A stretch of 64,000 nucleotides of DNA from Octopus vulgaris (taxonomy: Eukaryota): the NCBI GenBank assembly GCA_951406725.2, contig OX597817.1:98890001-98954000 (forward strand), given 5' to 3'. Position 1 is the stretch's first letter; each line of letters starts with the position of its first letter. The notes beneath the pieces were generated by a model. That model had not been told where the DNA came from, did no database searches, and saw only the letters and a list, made by a program, of their open reading frames with translations. Below, one piece after another: positions 38,420 to 52,343 of the stretch. Position numbers and translations under genes: made by a program.

Positions 38420-38840
38420 GGTATTCGATGGTCTACCTTACAAGTTATATAGAAGTATGACAGACTTGTTCGGGCACGTACAGGCTAGCGTTTATGCGAA
38501 CTGGCAACAGAATGGGTGGATTCCCAGATCTGTGCGGTGGGGAGTGGTTATGCTAGTCAGGAAGGACCCAGACAAGGGGGATAGAATAGATAATTTTAGG
38601 CCCATCACTCTGCTGAACATAGAGATGAAGATTTTGGCCGAGGTGCTAGCAAAAAGATTGACACGAGTCACGGATGGCCTGATCGGGAAAGCACAAACCT
38701 GTGCAGTCCCTGGCAGTACCGTCCAGTATAATCTTCATCTTATACACTACACAGTAGAAGGGTATGGTAATAATTCTGGCAAAGGTGGGGCACTGGTCCA
38801 TTTAGGCCAAGCTAAAGCATTTGATAGCATGGACCATTCC
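38420..38840 (+). mobile_element. Tx1-like RT fragment
   Basis: DGLPYKLY, NFRPITLLNIEMKILAEVLAKRL, QAKAFDSMDH. Confidence 0.85.
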
Positions 38841-39364
38841 TTACCTTACCCTATTTCCTACAACTAACTTGAATTCCTTTTATGGTATTCTGAAACCCCC
38901 TTACCCTCACTCCTACAACTAGTTAAACACAACCATAGTTTTGGTCAGTTAGTGGCTGGACTTCACAACCTAATGTTCTTAAAATTTAATGCTACATCTT
39001 TATCTGTATATCTACCTTCTCTAAAATGTTACTACTTGATTTAAAAGCTTTTGTATTATTGGAAAACCTACCTTTTTGGCTGAGGAGCACTCAACATCTT
39101 AAATCTGCTGTAATAATTACAACTTTTAATAAAATGTTGTAGTGCGAAACAATTGTACCAAATTACTGGAGTCATTCTTGTTGCTTATTTTTGATTATAT
39201 ATATATATATATATACATATACATACAGGTATAAGTTAGCAGTGTTTAAACCCTCTAAGGGATAGATATATCCAAAGGCACTCCTGGTAATTACCTCAGT
39301 AGGTATAGTCCTTTGTAAAAGGTATACGGCAGCAGGTAATTTAGCGGGTAAACTGTAGTTTAAT

Positions 39365-39532
39365 TTATATAGATGATAAGAAAATGGAAGAAAAATAATA
39401 AGTGTGTCTTTAGCGCTAGGAAGCCATTATTTAATTAGTTAAGAAAGGTGAGAGTAAGAGTGAGTTTACGAGGAAAATGTATATTTATATATATATTATT
39501 ATATATCATGAGGAAACTCAAAGAAATCCATC

Positions 39533-39564
<32 letters not shown>

Positions 39565-40147
39565 ATGTGTCTTTGTGTCTGTGTTTGTTCCCCACTATCA
39601 CATGATAACTGGTCGTTGTCCAAGTTGTTTGAAGGCGCGTCATTAGGGATGAAATTTATTCTATTTGCCGGTTGGCTGTTATGTTTTATGTTGCTATTTT
39701 TCCTAGTTTCACAGAAGGTATCTAGCTTATTATTATTTATTGAGGCTATGATGGTAGCTAAGTTACTAGTCAGGCTATGGCTCTAATTTTATTCTTAAAT
39801 ATTGCTGCAGATTCAACTAACTTCTATTCCTTTACCTCACAATGGATTTAACAAACTGTGAACCTAACTATAATGTAAGACTTTCAAACCTTTGAACACT
39901 ATCTTTTCCGATGTATCCCTCTATCATTCGCTCTTTTCTCTACCTCTGACTTCTTCGTTCTGATGATGTCTACCATTGACAATGAGGCAAAAATATAAAT
40001 ATATATTTTCCTCACCATAGTACACAGAAACAATCATAAACTCAGTCTTACTCTCACCTTTCTTAACTAATTAAATAATGGCTTCCTAGTACAAAAGACA
40101 AACTTCGTTTTGTTATTTTTCTTCCATTTTCTTATCATCTATAAAAT
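39365..40147. mobile_element. Penelope-like pseudo-LTR pair in inverted orientation
   Basis: 39365-39470 is the reverse complement of 40037-40147. Contains a hammerhead motif and has (TA)n flanks. Confidence 0.65.
39957..40041 (+). ncRNA. Degenerate minimal hammerhead ribozyme
   Basis: GTT-CTGATGA-TGT...ACA-GAAA-CAATCA-TA-AAC. Stem III looks like ACGATCGT altered by CpG decay. Confidence 0.5.
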
Positions 40148-40399
40148 ATATATATATATAAATAAATATAGGGATGGTATTATTATAACACCATCACAAG
40201 TGGTAAGCAAATTATCAGCTGTACAGGCAAATTAATAAAATATATGCGTACAATATTAGATATGTACATATATATACAAGGGTACTACATGAGTACCTAT
40301 ATCACTAATGAAAGAAGTCAAAAAATACTTCTGTACCACCAAATAGTCACAAATCCATTACAGAGAAGATAGGAAAAAATATATATACATACACATTTA

Positions 40400-41565
40400 T
40401 GTATTTGCTTTGCAAGATTCTTGAAGTGAAAATGTGTGTTGAAATATTTGGGGATGGACATATTTTGCCAATTAAACATACACACTATTCATTTGATCTT
40501 TGCTTTAGTTTATTATTATTACTTTTAGCTTATTTGTTGATCAAAGTTCTTTTGTCACACATTCTATGATATCTTCAGTGACTCACTGTCTCATGTGTCT
40601 CCTCTTGTCCTACCTATTCCATTTTATTCTTTTATGATATTTATCACTATCTGCACATGTGTTTACATTTGTATGTGGCGAGTGTGTATGTGTCTGTGTT
40701 TAGTATATGTGCTTAATGTGTGTTTATATGCATTTGTATATACACACACATGTACCCATGTTTTTTATTTATTTATTTTTCTCTTTCTCATTCTGTCTTT
40801 AGTCACCAGGTTGCATAGTGTGATGGAGTAAGGTAGTGGTGTTATTATTCCATTCACATTCTCTTTTGAGACTCAGTCTATCTTCCATGATGTGTGTAGC
40901 CTCCATACTCTGTCTGTCATACCTGTTCTATGTGTCAATAAGATCCTAACACCAATGTTGTCAATCCAACTTCCATGTTCTAATTCAGCATGTTGGTAGA
41001 GCACTGATGAACTTTTCTCCTCCTTGAGCTCCCACCAATTGTCACTTATCCACTCACCTATGCTACATGCTGTCTCTCCAATGTATGTTGTTGTCCTATT
41101 TCTGCACCATCCCTCTCTATACTTTATACTATAGACTATGTTCCTAGTTTTACAGTTTATCTGCACACTGAATAGGAGGTTCTTTCAAATGGGTATGTTC
41201 TACAGATCAGGGATTTTATGGGGATCCCTGATCTTTCTACTACTTTAATCCATAGATTCATCTTACCTAAATTTTGCCTAAAAAGATATGCTAGTTTGCC
41301 TCCAGGGTAGCATTGATGAAGAGGTATTCTGGTATTTATGGTTGTTATACCATGAGTTGGCCTCACCTATCTTCTTAGTTCTTTCTAGCTATTCCAGGAT
41401 TTACTCCTGTATAGCAGATAGATCCCATTTGCCTCATTCTCTATGATGGTCCCATATTTTGCCCTGGCTCCTTCATACACTTTGATCCTGTCTCTTTGGC
41501 TGTACCCAGAGAACTGCATGGGGTAAATGAAGTGTTGTATGTATCTTCTCAATTCACTTGTGTGT
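40400..41565 (-). mobile_element. Penelope-like element 3' part (GIY-YIG + pLTR), same family as 19413-21554
   Basis: MQFSGYSQ, KVVERSG, INCKTRNIVYSIK...TYIGETA. The pLTR motif ATTTG.TTTGCAAGATTC is shared with 19414 and 51358. Confidence 0.8.
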
Positions 41566-42600
41566 TGATAAGTTAACCTTAAGGCCCTTCAATTCCAGGT
41601 TTTGCTTCCACTACAGGAATTTCTTTTTTAGTTCTGCTATAGAACCTGCTATAAGAGCAATATCATCAGTACATAGTAGTTTCTAGGGACAGCCAGTCTT
41701 GAATTCCTCTGTTATGGCCTGGAAGATAACGATGAATAAGTGGAGACTGAGAACCGAGTATTGATGAACGCCCACCTGTACACTAAATTCATCATTGTAC
41801 CCATAATTAATTCTTACATTACTGATAGAAACTCTGTGTATGACTTGTACAGCTTTCACAACCACTTGTCTACCCTTAGTTTCCTCAGATCCACCATATC
41901 ACACCAACACCTTCCCTACATACATAGGATAGCCATTTACCTGATGAAAAGAAAACTGTATCTGTATTCTTGCTAACAACTTTGATTCCAGGTTTTGCTT
42001 CTATAGCTGAAATTATTCTCCAAGTTTGCAACAGATTCTGCTATAAAAGTGAGGTCATCAGCATATAATACTTCCCACAGGTAGCCAATTTAAAATTCCT
42101 CTGTTATGGTCTGGAGGGCTATGATGAATAAGAGTGGACTAAGAACTGGGCCTTGATGAGCCCTTAGTTGTGCACAAAACCTGTACCTGTCCTCATGGCT
42201 GACCCTCACCCTGCTGACAGCACTGCTATATAGGGCTTTTATGGCTCTAACAAGTTGCTTGTCTACTCCTAACCTCCTTAGAGACCATCAGATAACAGAG
42301 CAAGAGACTCTGTCAAAAGTTTTCTCCAGGTCGATAAAAGCCAAGCACAATGGTTTATATTTTGCCAGATACTTCTCCTGCAGCTGTCTCACTAGAAAGA
42401 TGGCATCTGTGGTACTCTTCCCAGGCACAAAACCAAATTGCCCTACATCTAGTTTAATTCTATTCCTAATCAATTGAGAAATAAATCTCTATAACTTTCA
42501 TGACATGGTCCAGCAGTTTGATACATCTGTAGTTGTCTCTATCTAAGGCATCACCTTTACCCTTGTAGCAGCTAGTAATACTACTAAACCAGTCACTTCC
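41565..42600 (-). mobile_element. Two adjacent RTE RT fragments
   Basis: QVGVHQYSVLS, QFGFVPGKSTTDAIFLVRQLQEKYL, AFIDLEKTFDRV. Confidence 0.85.
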
Positions 42601-44149
42601 ATGCATCTTTCTTTTCCATATTCACACATATTTGACATTTGTAATGACTATGTATAACAATCAATGAATGTTGTAGTCATTAATTTGTAACGGATAAGAG
42701 TAAAATCCAATTTTAACACTTTATAAGCATTGGATGTCACCAATTATGATGATCATGTTTAACGATAATATGCGCTGAATAAATGAGAGAAGAACAATAT
42801 TAATTGATTGCCGAGATGGTCTTTTATCTATATCGTTGTTACTGTCATTACAACATAAGTTACAACTACCCTGAGTTGTTTGTGTACACAAATTATTTGT
42901 TGTTCTATTGTCCATTCTGTATGGTAGTTAGCTTCATCTGTCTGTGACTCCTAGAGAGAGAAAGGGAGAGAGCAAGTAAAAGAGTCTACACAAGCAGAGA
43001 GAGTAAAAGCTGTGTAGTCCCTAGAATAAAGTTGCTTCCTCTATCCGTGCCAGAAAGAAGAAGGAAGAAAAGACAGATCTCCCTGATCAGAGGCCAAGTG
43101 ACCAAAAAAAACCCGAAAGAACTGATTTTGGTTGTGTATTTATATTTTCTTTAACTCGATTAGGTCAGACAGAACAAAGGATTTTACCTTCTCTAATCAG
43201 CTCTGATCTATGTTTGACTCAAAAAAAGGCTAAGTGGTCAGGTCACTCTCATAAATTTCCTAATGCAACAAGTGCAACAGGTGAGAACAATATGTAGAGG
43301 ACTTATAGGAAATTGTGAATTTGGTTTCAAATCTTAACTTAGAAATTTGGTAGCTATTCACAACACATTTCTCACCCATGACATCTTTATTCTCTCAGAC
43401 ACTATGGAATTCTTGAGCATGCTACCCAACATGTCCATTGGAGTCATCAGCCACAATAACCAAGTCTTTGTCATTGAGTTAGTATCCAAAAGGACCTCCT
43501 AAAATTGGTCCTTCTGATCATTAGCCAGCCCAGACTGTGGAGCAATTTATCTACAATTAGTCTCACCTTAACTACACTATTACATATTCTGACTACCTCA
43601 ATTACCTTATCTAACCACTTTTATTCCAAAGATATACCTCCACCACCCACCCCATCACTCCTGCCTACCCAGAAGAATTTGTACTTGTTTCTTACCCACA
43701 AGGAATCTAGCAGAAGCTCCCCACCATCTTACTTCTTGCACACCACACACATTTACATGCCATCAGCCCAGCATTTCAATAATCTCACCAGTCCTTCTTT
43801 TCATTGTGTCAACATTGATTATGGACCTGGAAGGAAAAGTGGGAAGACAGTTGTTGAGTAACTTTTGTTAGCATCTGAAAGAAAGTTTGTGCAGATACTT
43901 GCCAGCTGGCAAAAGGCTTTAGCACATAGTTGATTTACTCAATGAATAGCAATTTTCTCAACCCTATACACCATCATCTAGAGTGAGCACAAAGAAGCAG
44001 GGAGAGCAAGGGAGTATGGGCTAGGGCTTCAGATTGAGTAGAGATAAGGATATGATGGCTACATAGTAAGGTTAGAATATGTATATATGTAGTCCATGTA
44101 TATACATCTCAGTTGTATACAACTCAGAGAGTTGTGGTGTAAAGGTGAA

Positions 44150-46150
44150 CTGGTTGATGACTGGTGCAAAGCAGAAGGAGCTTACTTACCAAAAGAAGCT
44201 GAAGCAGAACTGATTGGCTGGTTCAGTTTTGATCCTGAATATAGATGGCAAGATTTACATGGGTGTACTTGTTAAGAGAGCAGCTATGTACTTATCTACA
44301 AGATGAAAATTTTCTGGGTGTGTGGAACATACATTTTCAATCTGAGATGGAATGCAAGATGTGAATAAGAATAAGAGGGATCTGAATATTGTGTGGCTGG
44401 ATTTGGCTAATGCTTATGGTTCTGTACCACACAAATTGTTGATAAAAGCAATGGACTTCTTATACATGCTGGAGAAGATTAAGGTTCTGATGAGGAACTA
44501 CTATAACAACTTCAAAATGCAGTTCATGACAGAATTTTATAATGGACTGGCATAATCTAGAAATTGGAACTACTGCAGGTTGTACTATATTGGTCATCTG
44601 GTTTGTCTCTGATTTGTCTGATAAGAGTAGGAGCGTTGAGATTGTGACAAAAGCTGAGGATAGGCTGAAGGCCATAGACAAGTCAAAACTGCAGGGAAAA
44701 TACAAGATCTGATGCTTGCAGTTTGACCTATAACCCTATATTGCTTGAACCCCTGCTTATAGTAGCACTGTCAAAAGTGGAGACCCTAGAGCAAATGTGC
44801 AATGTTTATATCAGGAGATGGCTTGTTCTACCTCGAACAACAGTTCAGTACTATATCAGAAAATAGGTCTCTTCGGCTACCTATAACATCAGTTGTTGAG
44901 ATCTACAAAGCTGGAGAGGTGTGAACAGTTATGATTCTGGGGGAGTCCAAAGATGTAGCAATATGTGACAATCCACCAGGTGTCAAAACTGTTTGAAAAT
45001 GGTACACAGAGAAAGAAGCAGATGACGTAATAACATCACTGAAACATCAAGAAATAGTGGGAACAATTCAAAGTAATTGGAAGGAGATTGGTTGCAATCC
45101 ATTTAAACCATTTTCAACAATAACTCAGAGGGACCACAGAGCTACCGTTAGTGGCTATGTTAAAGTGAGAGAAGCAGAAAAGGGGAACTGCATTTGAGTT
45201 GATGTCTTCAGCAAGGTTAGATGACCAACTGAAAAGAAAAGGTTATTGAAAGGAAGGTAGGTTGGCATGAGATCTGGAGATGGAACACATGGCTGAGTTT
45301 AATTTTTCAAGCCATCTATGATGTACTGCCATCCCCGTGCAATCTGCAGAGGTGGAAAATAGTGAACGATGACAAATGTAGACATGGAAAAGTTGGTATA
45401 TTAAAGCATATTCTATGTAACTGTTCAATGGTGTAGGAAAGGTACACACACAGGCACATTGAGATCCTCAAAATTCTCTATAATACCACTAAGAAGCAGA
45501 TGGAAGCAATCAATGGTGACAAGAAATCATAGAAGGATGGCAGTAAACAGTTTACCATGTTTGTCTGTCAAGGTCAAGATAGCTACCCAAAACAAAAAAC
45601 TGTGAATGACAAGAACTGGGAAGGAGTATGAGAGTTAGAAGTAGATCTTGTAGAACATGAATACCACTTTTCAGTACCAACAAGGAGGAAACCAGATATG
45701 ACAATATCATGTGAGGAATTCAAGATAATACATCTTGTTTGACTAACTGTTCCACATGAAAACAATTTAGATGCAGCCCAGGTTAGGAAAGACAAGCTTT
45801 ATGGGGTGCTACTGGTCAGAGTGCAGTACACTTTCCTGTTGAAGTTGGATGTAGGTGTTTATTGGGACCTGACTGAGATGGCTATTGGTAAGCACATGTC
45901 ATCTTGAAGGAAATCCAGGCAACAGTTGAGAGGGCCAGCCATTGAATATGGCTGAAAAGGAATGACAAAAACTGGCTAAAGAGTTGATGATTCCAAAACA
46001 GACATGAGATCAAATACTAGTCAGTCAAACAATAGGTGGGACCTTACATTAGTGAAGGGGACTGGGGTGCTGTAAAATCATTGACAGGAAGGCCCTAAAA
46101 TGGTGCACATTCTCTCCTGATGACCTCCTGAAACCTTCTGGCATCTGGTA
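44150..46150 (+). mobile_element. HERO/R2-group (restriction-like endonuclease) non-LTR element, decayed
   Basis: VWLDLANAYGSVPH, RKPDM, LTVPHENN, FPVEVGCR, ERASH*IWLKR. Confidence 0.78.
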
Positions 46151-46260
46151 TGTGGAGTTTTCAACTGGCTGCACTTGCACTGGTAAGCTATTTTCAAGAA
46201 TACATATATAAATGCACACACACACACACTCAGAGGAACGCATGCGCCCGCGCACACACA

Positions 46261-47876
46261 CGTGGAGAGTTCATTAAAAATTTCCTTTGGCTCACTTCCA
46301 GTTATTATTATTTTATTCTTTTACTTGTTTCAGTCATTTGACTGCAGCCATGCTGGAGCACCATCTTTAGTCAAACAAATTTACCCCAGGACTTATTCTT
46401 TATAAGCCTAGTACTCACTCTATTGTTTTCTTTTGCTGAACCACTAAGTTACGGGGACATAAACACACCAACATCGGTTGTCAAGCAATGGTGGGGGGGG
46501 ATAAACAGATACACATATATATATACTACGGGCTTCTTTCAGTTTCCATCTACCAAATCCACTCACAAGGCTGTAGTCAGCCTGAGGCTATAGCAGAAGA
46601 CACTTGCCCAAGGTGCCATGCAGTGGGACTGAAACCGGAACCATGTGGTTGGTAAGCAGGCATCTTTCCACACAGCCACTGTAAAGGCATAATTATAGAT
46701 GTCTCTACATGTCACATTGTAAATTGCAGCTTTCCACTAGTATTTGTTTATCTTTTATGGCTACTGAGGTGTTATAATGGAGGCAGTTGAATGCAGATCA
46801 GTGATCAGGTTCTTACACCTGAAAGGTTGTACACCATAAAAGATTTTCGATGAGATGAAGAAGAAGTTTATGGTGATGATGTACCATCATATGATGTAGT
46901 CAAACACTGGCATCGTCAATTTAAATGTGGTCAGACATCGGTGGAAACTGCTCCTATTCCCAGATGACTGCATTCTGCCATTGATGATGACACCATCCAT
47001 AAAGTGGAAGTCACCATTTTAGAGGATCGCTGCATAACTGTTCAGCAATTAGCTCAAGAAATGATGATAAGTGTAGGGTCCACGGAAAAAAATCATTGAT
47101 AACCATTTGTACATGCAGAAGTTGTCTGCATGATGGATTCCCTGGATGCTCACATCTTTTCAGAAGCAGGAATGAGTCAATTGCTCCCAGGCTCTTTTGG
47201 CAAAGTGCCCAGAAAACAAGGAGGACATTTTCAGCAGACTTATTACACAGGATGAAACATGGGTCTATTACTATGATCCTGAGACAAAAGTCCAGTTAAA
47301 GCAATGGAAGTATGATAACTCACTTGTCTCCAAAGAAGGCTTGTGTCCAACCCTCAACAGGCAAGGTGGGACCAGCATGGTACAGTGATGATGGATTTTT
47401 AAGCAAAGGGCACCATAATTAATGGGGCATATGCTTCTCTGCTGCAGAAATTGTAGGACACCATAAAAGCAGAGAGGCAGGGCATGCTGACCAAAGGAGT
47501 TTACTTCCTCCAAGACAGTGCCCCAGTTCACAATGCACATGTTACCCTGATGAAAGCACATTCCTGTGAAATCCTTCCTGATCCCACTTACTCTTACTCA
47601 CACCATCTCATTTCCACCTCTTTTAAACCATGAAGTCTTTTTTGAAGAAGAAGCACTTTTTAGATGATAATGAACTTATTTCCGAGGTAAAGTCTTGGCT
47701 TCAGATTCAACTTACTGACTTCTACAGACATGGTCTTCATAGCTGCATAAAATGATAGGAAAAGTGTGTCATCATTAGTGGTGGCTATGTAGAAAAGGAC
47801 TAATAATTATGCCAAGTTTCATTTATCCTAGTCTTTTGGAAGTAGGTGAGAGGAAATCTTTAATGAACACCCCTTG
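46261..47876 (+). mobile_element. mariner (DD34D-type) DNA transposon, decayed, with a nested SINE
   Basis: TIRs CGTGGAGAGTTCATTAAAAATTTCCT and AGGAAATCTTTAATGAACACCCCTTG-TA; transposase RSVIRFL, YGDDVPSY, ITQDETWVYYYDPETK, LQDSAPVH. Confidence 0.88.
46318..46680 (-). mobile_element. Abundant tRNA-derived SINE (same family as 61119-61380)
   Basis: Minus strand GTGGCTGTGTGG...GGTTCCGGTTTCAGTCCCACTGC...CCTTGGGCAAGTGTCTTCT... Confidence 0.8.
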
Positions 47877-47906
47877 TATGTATATATATATATATATATA
47901 TATATA

Positions 47907-49670
47907 CTAGCAGTATAGCCCAGCGCTGCTCGGGTTTGTTTTTTAGTTGCGCTTAAAATGGCAGACTTTGATGTCATGTTAACAAAGTTTTGACATAGTT
48001 TCAATCTTTGAATAAAAGTATAGTGTGGCGATGCTTGAGTTTGTTCTGAATGTGCTGCAAATGTGTAATGCCAACTTAAATTGTTGATATTGTTGGTTAA
48101 TATTCCTTCTATTAACATTATGGAGAAAAAAATTACCTGTAGATTTAAAGCAAAATGAAGCTCAAGTTTCGAACTGCACTGAAAATCTATTAAGAAGTTA
48201 ACACTGCAACAGTGTTCATTAAGAAAAAGTACTGGAAAATCCAAAACGTTAGTAAGAACAGTTTGTGGTTACAAAAAAAGAAATGTTATTTTGAAGCCAA
48301 ACAGGTGGGCAACATGAATCGCGTTTGTACCTATAAAATGAATAAAATCGACTATTTTACATCACGTATAACTAAAAAAATCTGTAAAATCAAAACATTC
48401 CTATTCAAGGTTTGACTTGAACATCGTAGATAGTAACAGCATGTAGATAGCACTTTTCTGGTTGAAATACACCGAAAAATGGCGACACAGCAGTAAAAAA
48501 ATCATAAAATATAGTGATTTTCTTAGAAAAAAGCACCTTTTTGATGTAAATAATTGGATCTTTTCGCTTTGACTGGCAGATTTTTAAAATAATTTCTTTG
48601 TAACTAAACACTTTTAAACTTCATATACTGGTAGAATGTGTTACATAAAACATCTTTTTCTCTTGGCTTTCTTGAGAAAATTCTGTAGTTTGTAAGCTAT
48701 TTGTTGTTTAATTTCTTGCATTTCGGCAATTTCAACCAATCAATGACGTCTATTGAGGTGAATATAATTTCTTTGGTTTTTTGTCAACAACATTTTCTGG
48801 CGGTGTCATATCAATTTGTCACTGTTATTTATGAGAAAAAAGATACCCTGTGGCCATAAACTGAGGGGTCACTCGTAAACAGAGCTGGATAACAAAACCG
48901 TTCCCTCTTTAGTGTTCACCCATAATTATGACCCTAGTATCAATCTATTGCATTTCAATCTGTTTTAGGGTTAGGGTTAGGGTTAGGGGTTATGATTAGG
49001 GGTGGGGGAGGGGTATCTTTTTTTCTTCAGAAATGTAAGTAAACCCAATCTGTTTCTTAAACGAATATATAATATGTAATGTGTGTATCTGTGCAACAGA
49101 GAGGGAAATTAAAACTGCATATGTTGTAAACTTACAATATGTGTTTATTAATAAAAGTTTAATAACAATAATCTTTTATTGATACGAACGTAACTGATAT
49201 GAAATATGTCATAAATAACAGTAAAAAATTGATATGACACCGCCAGAAAATGTTGTTGACAAAAAACCGGAGAAATTGTATTCACCTCAATAGATATCAT
49301 TGATTGGTTGAAATTGCCGAAATGCAAGAAATTAAACAACAAATAGCTCACAAACTACAGAATTTTCTCAAGCAAGCCAAGAGAAAAAGATGTTTTATGT
49401 AACACATTCGACCAGTCTACGAAGTTTAAAAGTGTTTAATTACAAAGAAATTATTTTAAAAATCTGCCGGTCAAAAGGAAAAGATCCAAATAATTTTTGG
49501 TCTTAAAATGGTCCGATTTGAATTTTTTCTTCTACAGAATGAAGAGCAAGCCTTCTATCATACTCTCAATTTTGGTCAACTTGCGCTGCAGGGTCTCGGA
49601 GGAGATAGTGTTAGTTGAAGGCTACCAAATCTACCATACACACACAGACAACTTGAGCTTTATATATATA
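47907..49670 (-). mobile_element. Non-autonomous Helitron (copy A) with a nested MITE
   Basis: 3' end is CTAG with subterminal hairpin (CCCAGCG...GCTCGGG), in (TA)n. Partly homologous to copy B. Confidence 0.7.
48556..49487. mobile_element. Palindromic MITE, same family as 4060-4672, with an 8-bp TSD and (TTAGGG)n core
   Basis: GGATCTTTT...AAAAGATCC; TSD AAATAATT at 48548-48555 and 49488-49495; (TTAGGG)4 at 48965-48988. Confidence 0.92.
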
Positions 49671-50757
49671 CTAGCAGTATCGCCCGACGTTGCTCGGGTT
49701 TGTTTCGACCCGCTGGAATTGTAATTTTGAAAAGTAAAAATTTTGTGAACATTTTTCTGGTCGAAATACACCGAAAAGTGGCGACACAGCAGTGAAAAAA
49801 TCGTAAAAAATAGGGATTTTCATAGAAAAAAGCATCTTTTTGATGTAAATAATTTTTGGTGTTAACATGGTCCGATTTGAATTTTATGTTCTACGGAAGG
49901 AAGAGCAACCCTTCTTCTACCATACTCTCAATTTTGGTCAACTTGCGCCGCAGGGTCTCGGAGGAGATAGTGTTAGTTGAAGGTTACCATTGTAGGTGCC
50001 TGAGTAACAACCTCGCGGATTTACAGATAAATGAATTAATTACTATTTTACAGAATAAAATTAAATAATTCTTGAAAATTAATTAATATTAATATTTTTT
50101 GAACAAAGTAAATAATTTTTAAAACCTAAATAATGATTTTTTTTACACAAATGCGAACGGGGAAAAGGGGGTGGCGAATTCGATTTACATACCTAAATTT
50201 TTTCTTTTTCATGACATTGTAGCAAAATAGTAGTGAATTATATAAATACCAGCAGTACATTTTTTTTTCTGGGGTATTTTTTTTCAACCTCGTCACATAT
50301 TTGCCCCTTTCAATTTAAACAAAGTTTTAATTAAGCAATTACGGCAGCTTAGCAATGGTTTCAATACAGGCGTGACATCTGTATCTCAATTGTTCAAAAC
50401 CCTTCGAATTTTTTCGCACGTGATGATATCATAGTGAAAACTTTCAATTATGCGCGCTTAGAAGTACGCTCGCAAATTAATACTACCAAAATTTTGAAGT
50501 TCGCGCTCCGCTTGTGTGTGTGTGTGTGCGTGCTTTAGGTGTACGTAGGTATGTGTTTTTGTGTGTGTGTGTCACTGAAGCCATACATACATATATACAT
50601 ACATAACCTCTCTCTCTCTTTTCTCTCTCAGTCACTCACTACAAAAAGTGAATAAAAAAAGTTCAGTTATTTCTGTCTTTCACTCTGTCTGTCTCTTTAC
50701 ACACACTAACAAAAGCACTTCACTTACACACCACACTTTCTGTGTTGCACAACCCAT

Positions 50758-50794
<37 letters not shown>

Positions 50795-51341
50795 GCACGC
50801 ACACATGTACATCAATGCTTTCGGAGTGAAATGTTAAAATATTGAGTTTTCTCGAATTTTGTCTTAATTGGGGGTGAAATTGAAAGAAATATATTATGGC
50901 ATGACCGAATGGATTACTTTGAAAAATCTTAGGTAAACTCTAATTGAAGAAATTGTGTGAGGAGTAAATCGTTATGTATTTATTTGTTTCTGTTTGCTGT
51001 GTTTTTTTATTTTTTGAGTAGTGGTTTAAATACTTTCAGTTTAGTCTTCCTCAAATCACTCTGTCGCTATTTACTTTCATTTTATTCGTTGCACACTCTG
51101 TGTGTGCGTGTGCGTGTGGTGTAAACCACATTAAGAAAAGCATTTGACATACACACCAGAATGTGAGTTTTCTGTAAATTTTGCTTAATTGGAGTTTAAA
51201 TTTTAAAAACTGGACCTGGCATGACCCGATGCATTCTACTCTTAAAAATGCTAGATAAATTGTAATTGAAGAAATCCTATATTGTAGATTTCTATAAGTT
51301 ACAAAGGGAGGCAGATAAAATCTGCCTTTTATAATAAGAGA
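49671..51341 (-). mobile_element. Non-autonomous Helitron (copy B), head-to-tail with copy A
   Basis: Minus strand starts TC (51341) and ends hairpin + CTAG (49671). Contains the empty site for the MITE at ~49847. Confidence 0.7.
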
Positions 51342-52343
51342 TATATATATAGTTCATATTTGGTTTGCAAAATTCTTGATGTGAATTCATGTGTAGAAAG
51401 AAATACTATTGAGCATTGGGAGGGGCATTATGCCGGATGGTGTAGCAAAAGATGTCGTTCAGGTAGCAGATGAAATAGGCATGTGGACGACAGCAAAGTA
51501 AAACAATGGGAAAGCATTGGATTGTGGTTTAAATCGTTTATTTAATTGACACTTGCATTTACGTGTTGTAGACACAAGGAAATCTGCTACATGACATTAC
51601 CAACTTACTTCGAGTTGGCGAAGAAGAAAATAAACAGGGGAAATACAGTGTCAATGTGATGAGGTAGAACATGTTTTGTGCCTGTGTGTGCACTGGTCAT
51701 TCAGTCGTCTCTGTTTACATTCAACGACTGCAACTGTGTTGAGTTGTTCATGCTGAATATGTGGTTATATGTTGGCTGCTTGACTGGCACAAGTTACTAG
51801 CTGGCTGTCTGCTTGTCTCACAAACAGGAGTGAGAGAATAGGAAAAGGTAATTTCCCTAGGATTTGAGCTGTAACTAAACACTTTTAAACTTCATATACT
51901 GGTAGAATGTGTACAGCAAAAAATAACATAATTCATACAGAACTTTAACTGTGTGTGTGTATGTTGATGTAGGGGCTCGAAAATCCAGGCCCCTACATCA
52001 ATGGGACGAAACGCAGCAAGCTATGCATAGCCAAAGACATGAGAATCGTTAAAACTCATTCAAACCAGGGCCAGGGGCTATACTTAACTCCAGAACAGAG
52101 ATTTTCGAGCCATGTTTGCACTTTAGGAAATTTCTGCTGGCATTTTGGGAACCGCGAAATGATGGCGCAGCTGTAAGTTGATAGCTCACGGGAGTGGGAC
52201 ATAAACCCTTATTGTTTACCCTCATAGCTAAACGATGGCAGTACGGCTGGAAGTCAATAGCCATTAGCAAAGGGAGATAACACCCCTTGTTTATAACTGC
52301 CTTTCTACCAAGACTTTTCCCCTCCATATTCTAAACAGGTCTT

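Noticed and set aside
48965-48988. (TTAGGG)n as a telomere or chromosome-fusion relic
   Set aside because: There are only four units, inside a TSD-flanked MITE. Reported as transposon cargo instead.
51440-51870. Possible solo LTR
   Set aside because: No convincing paired termini or TSD.
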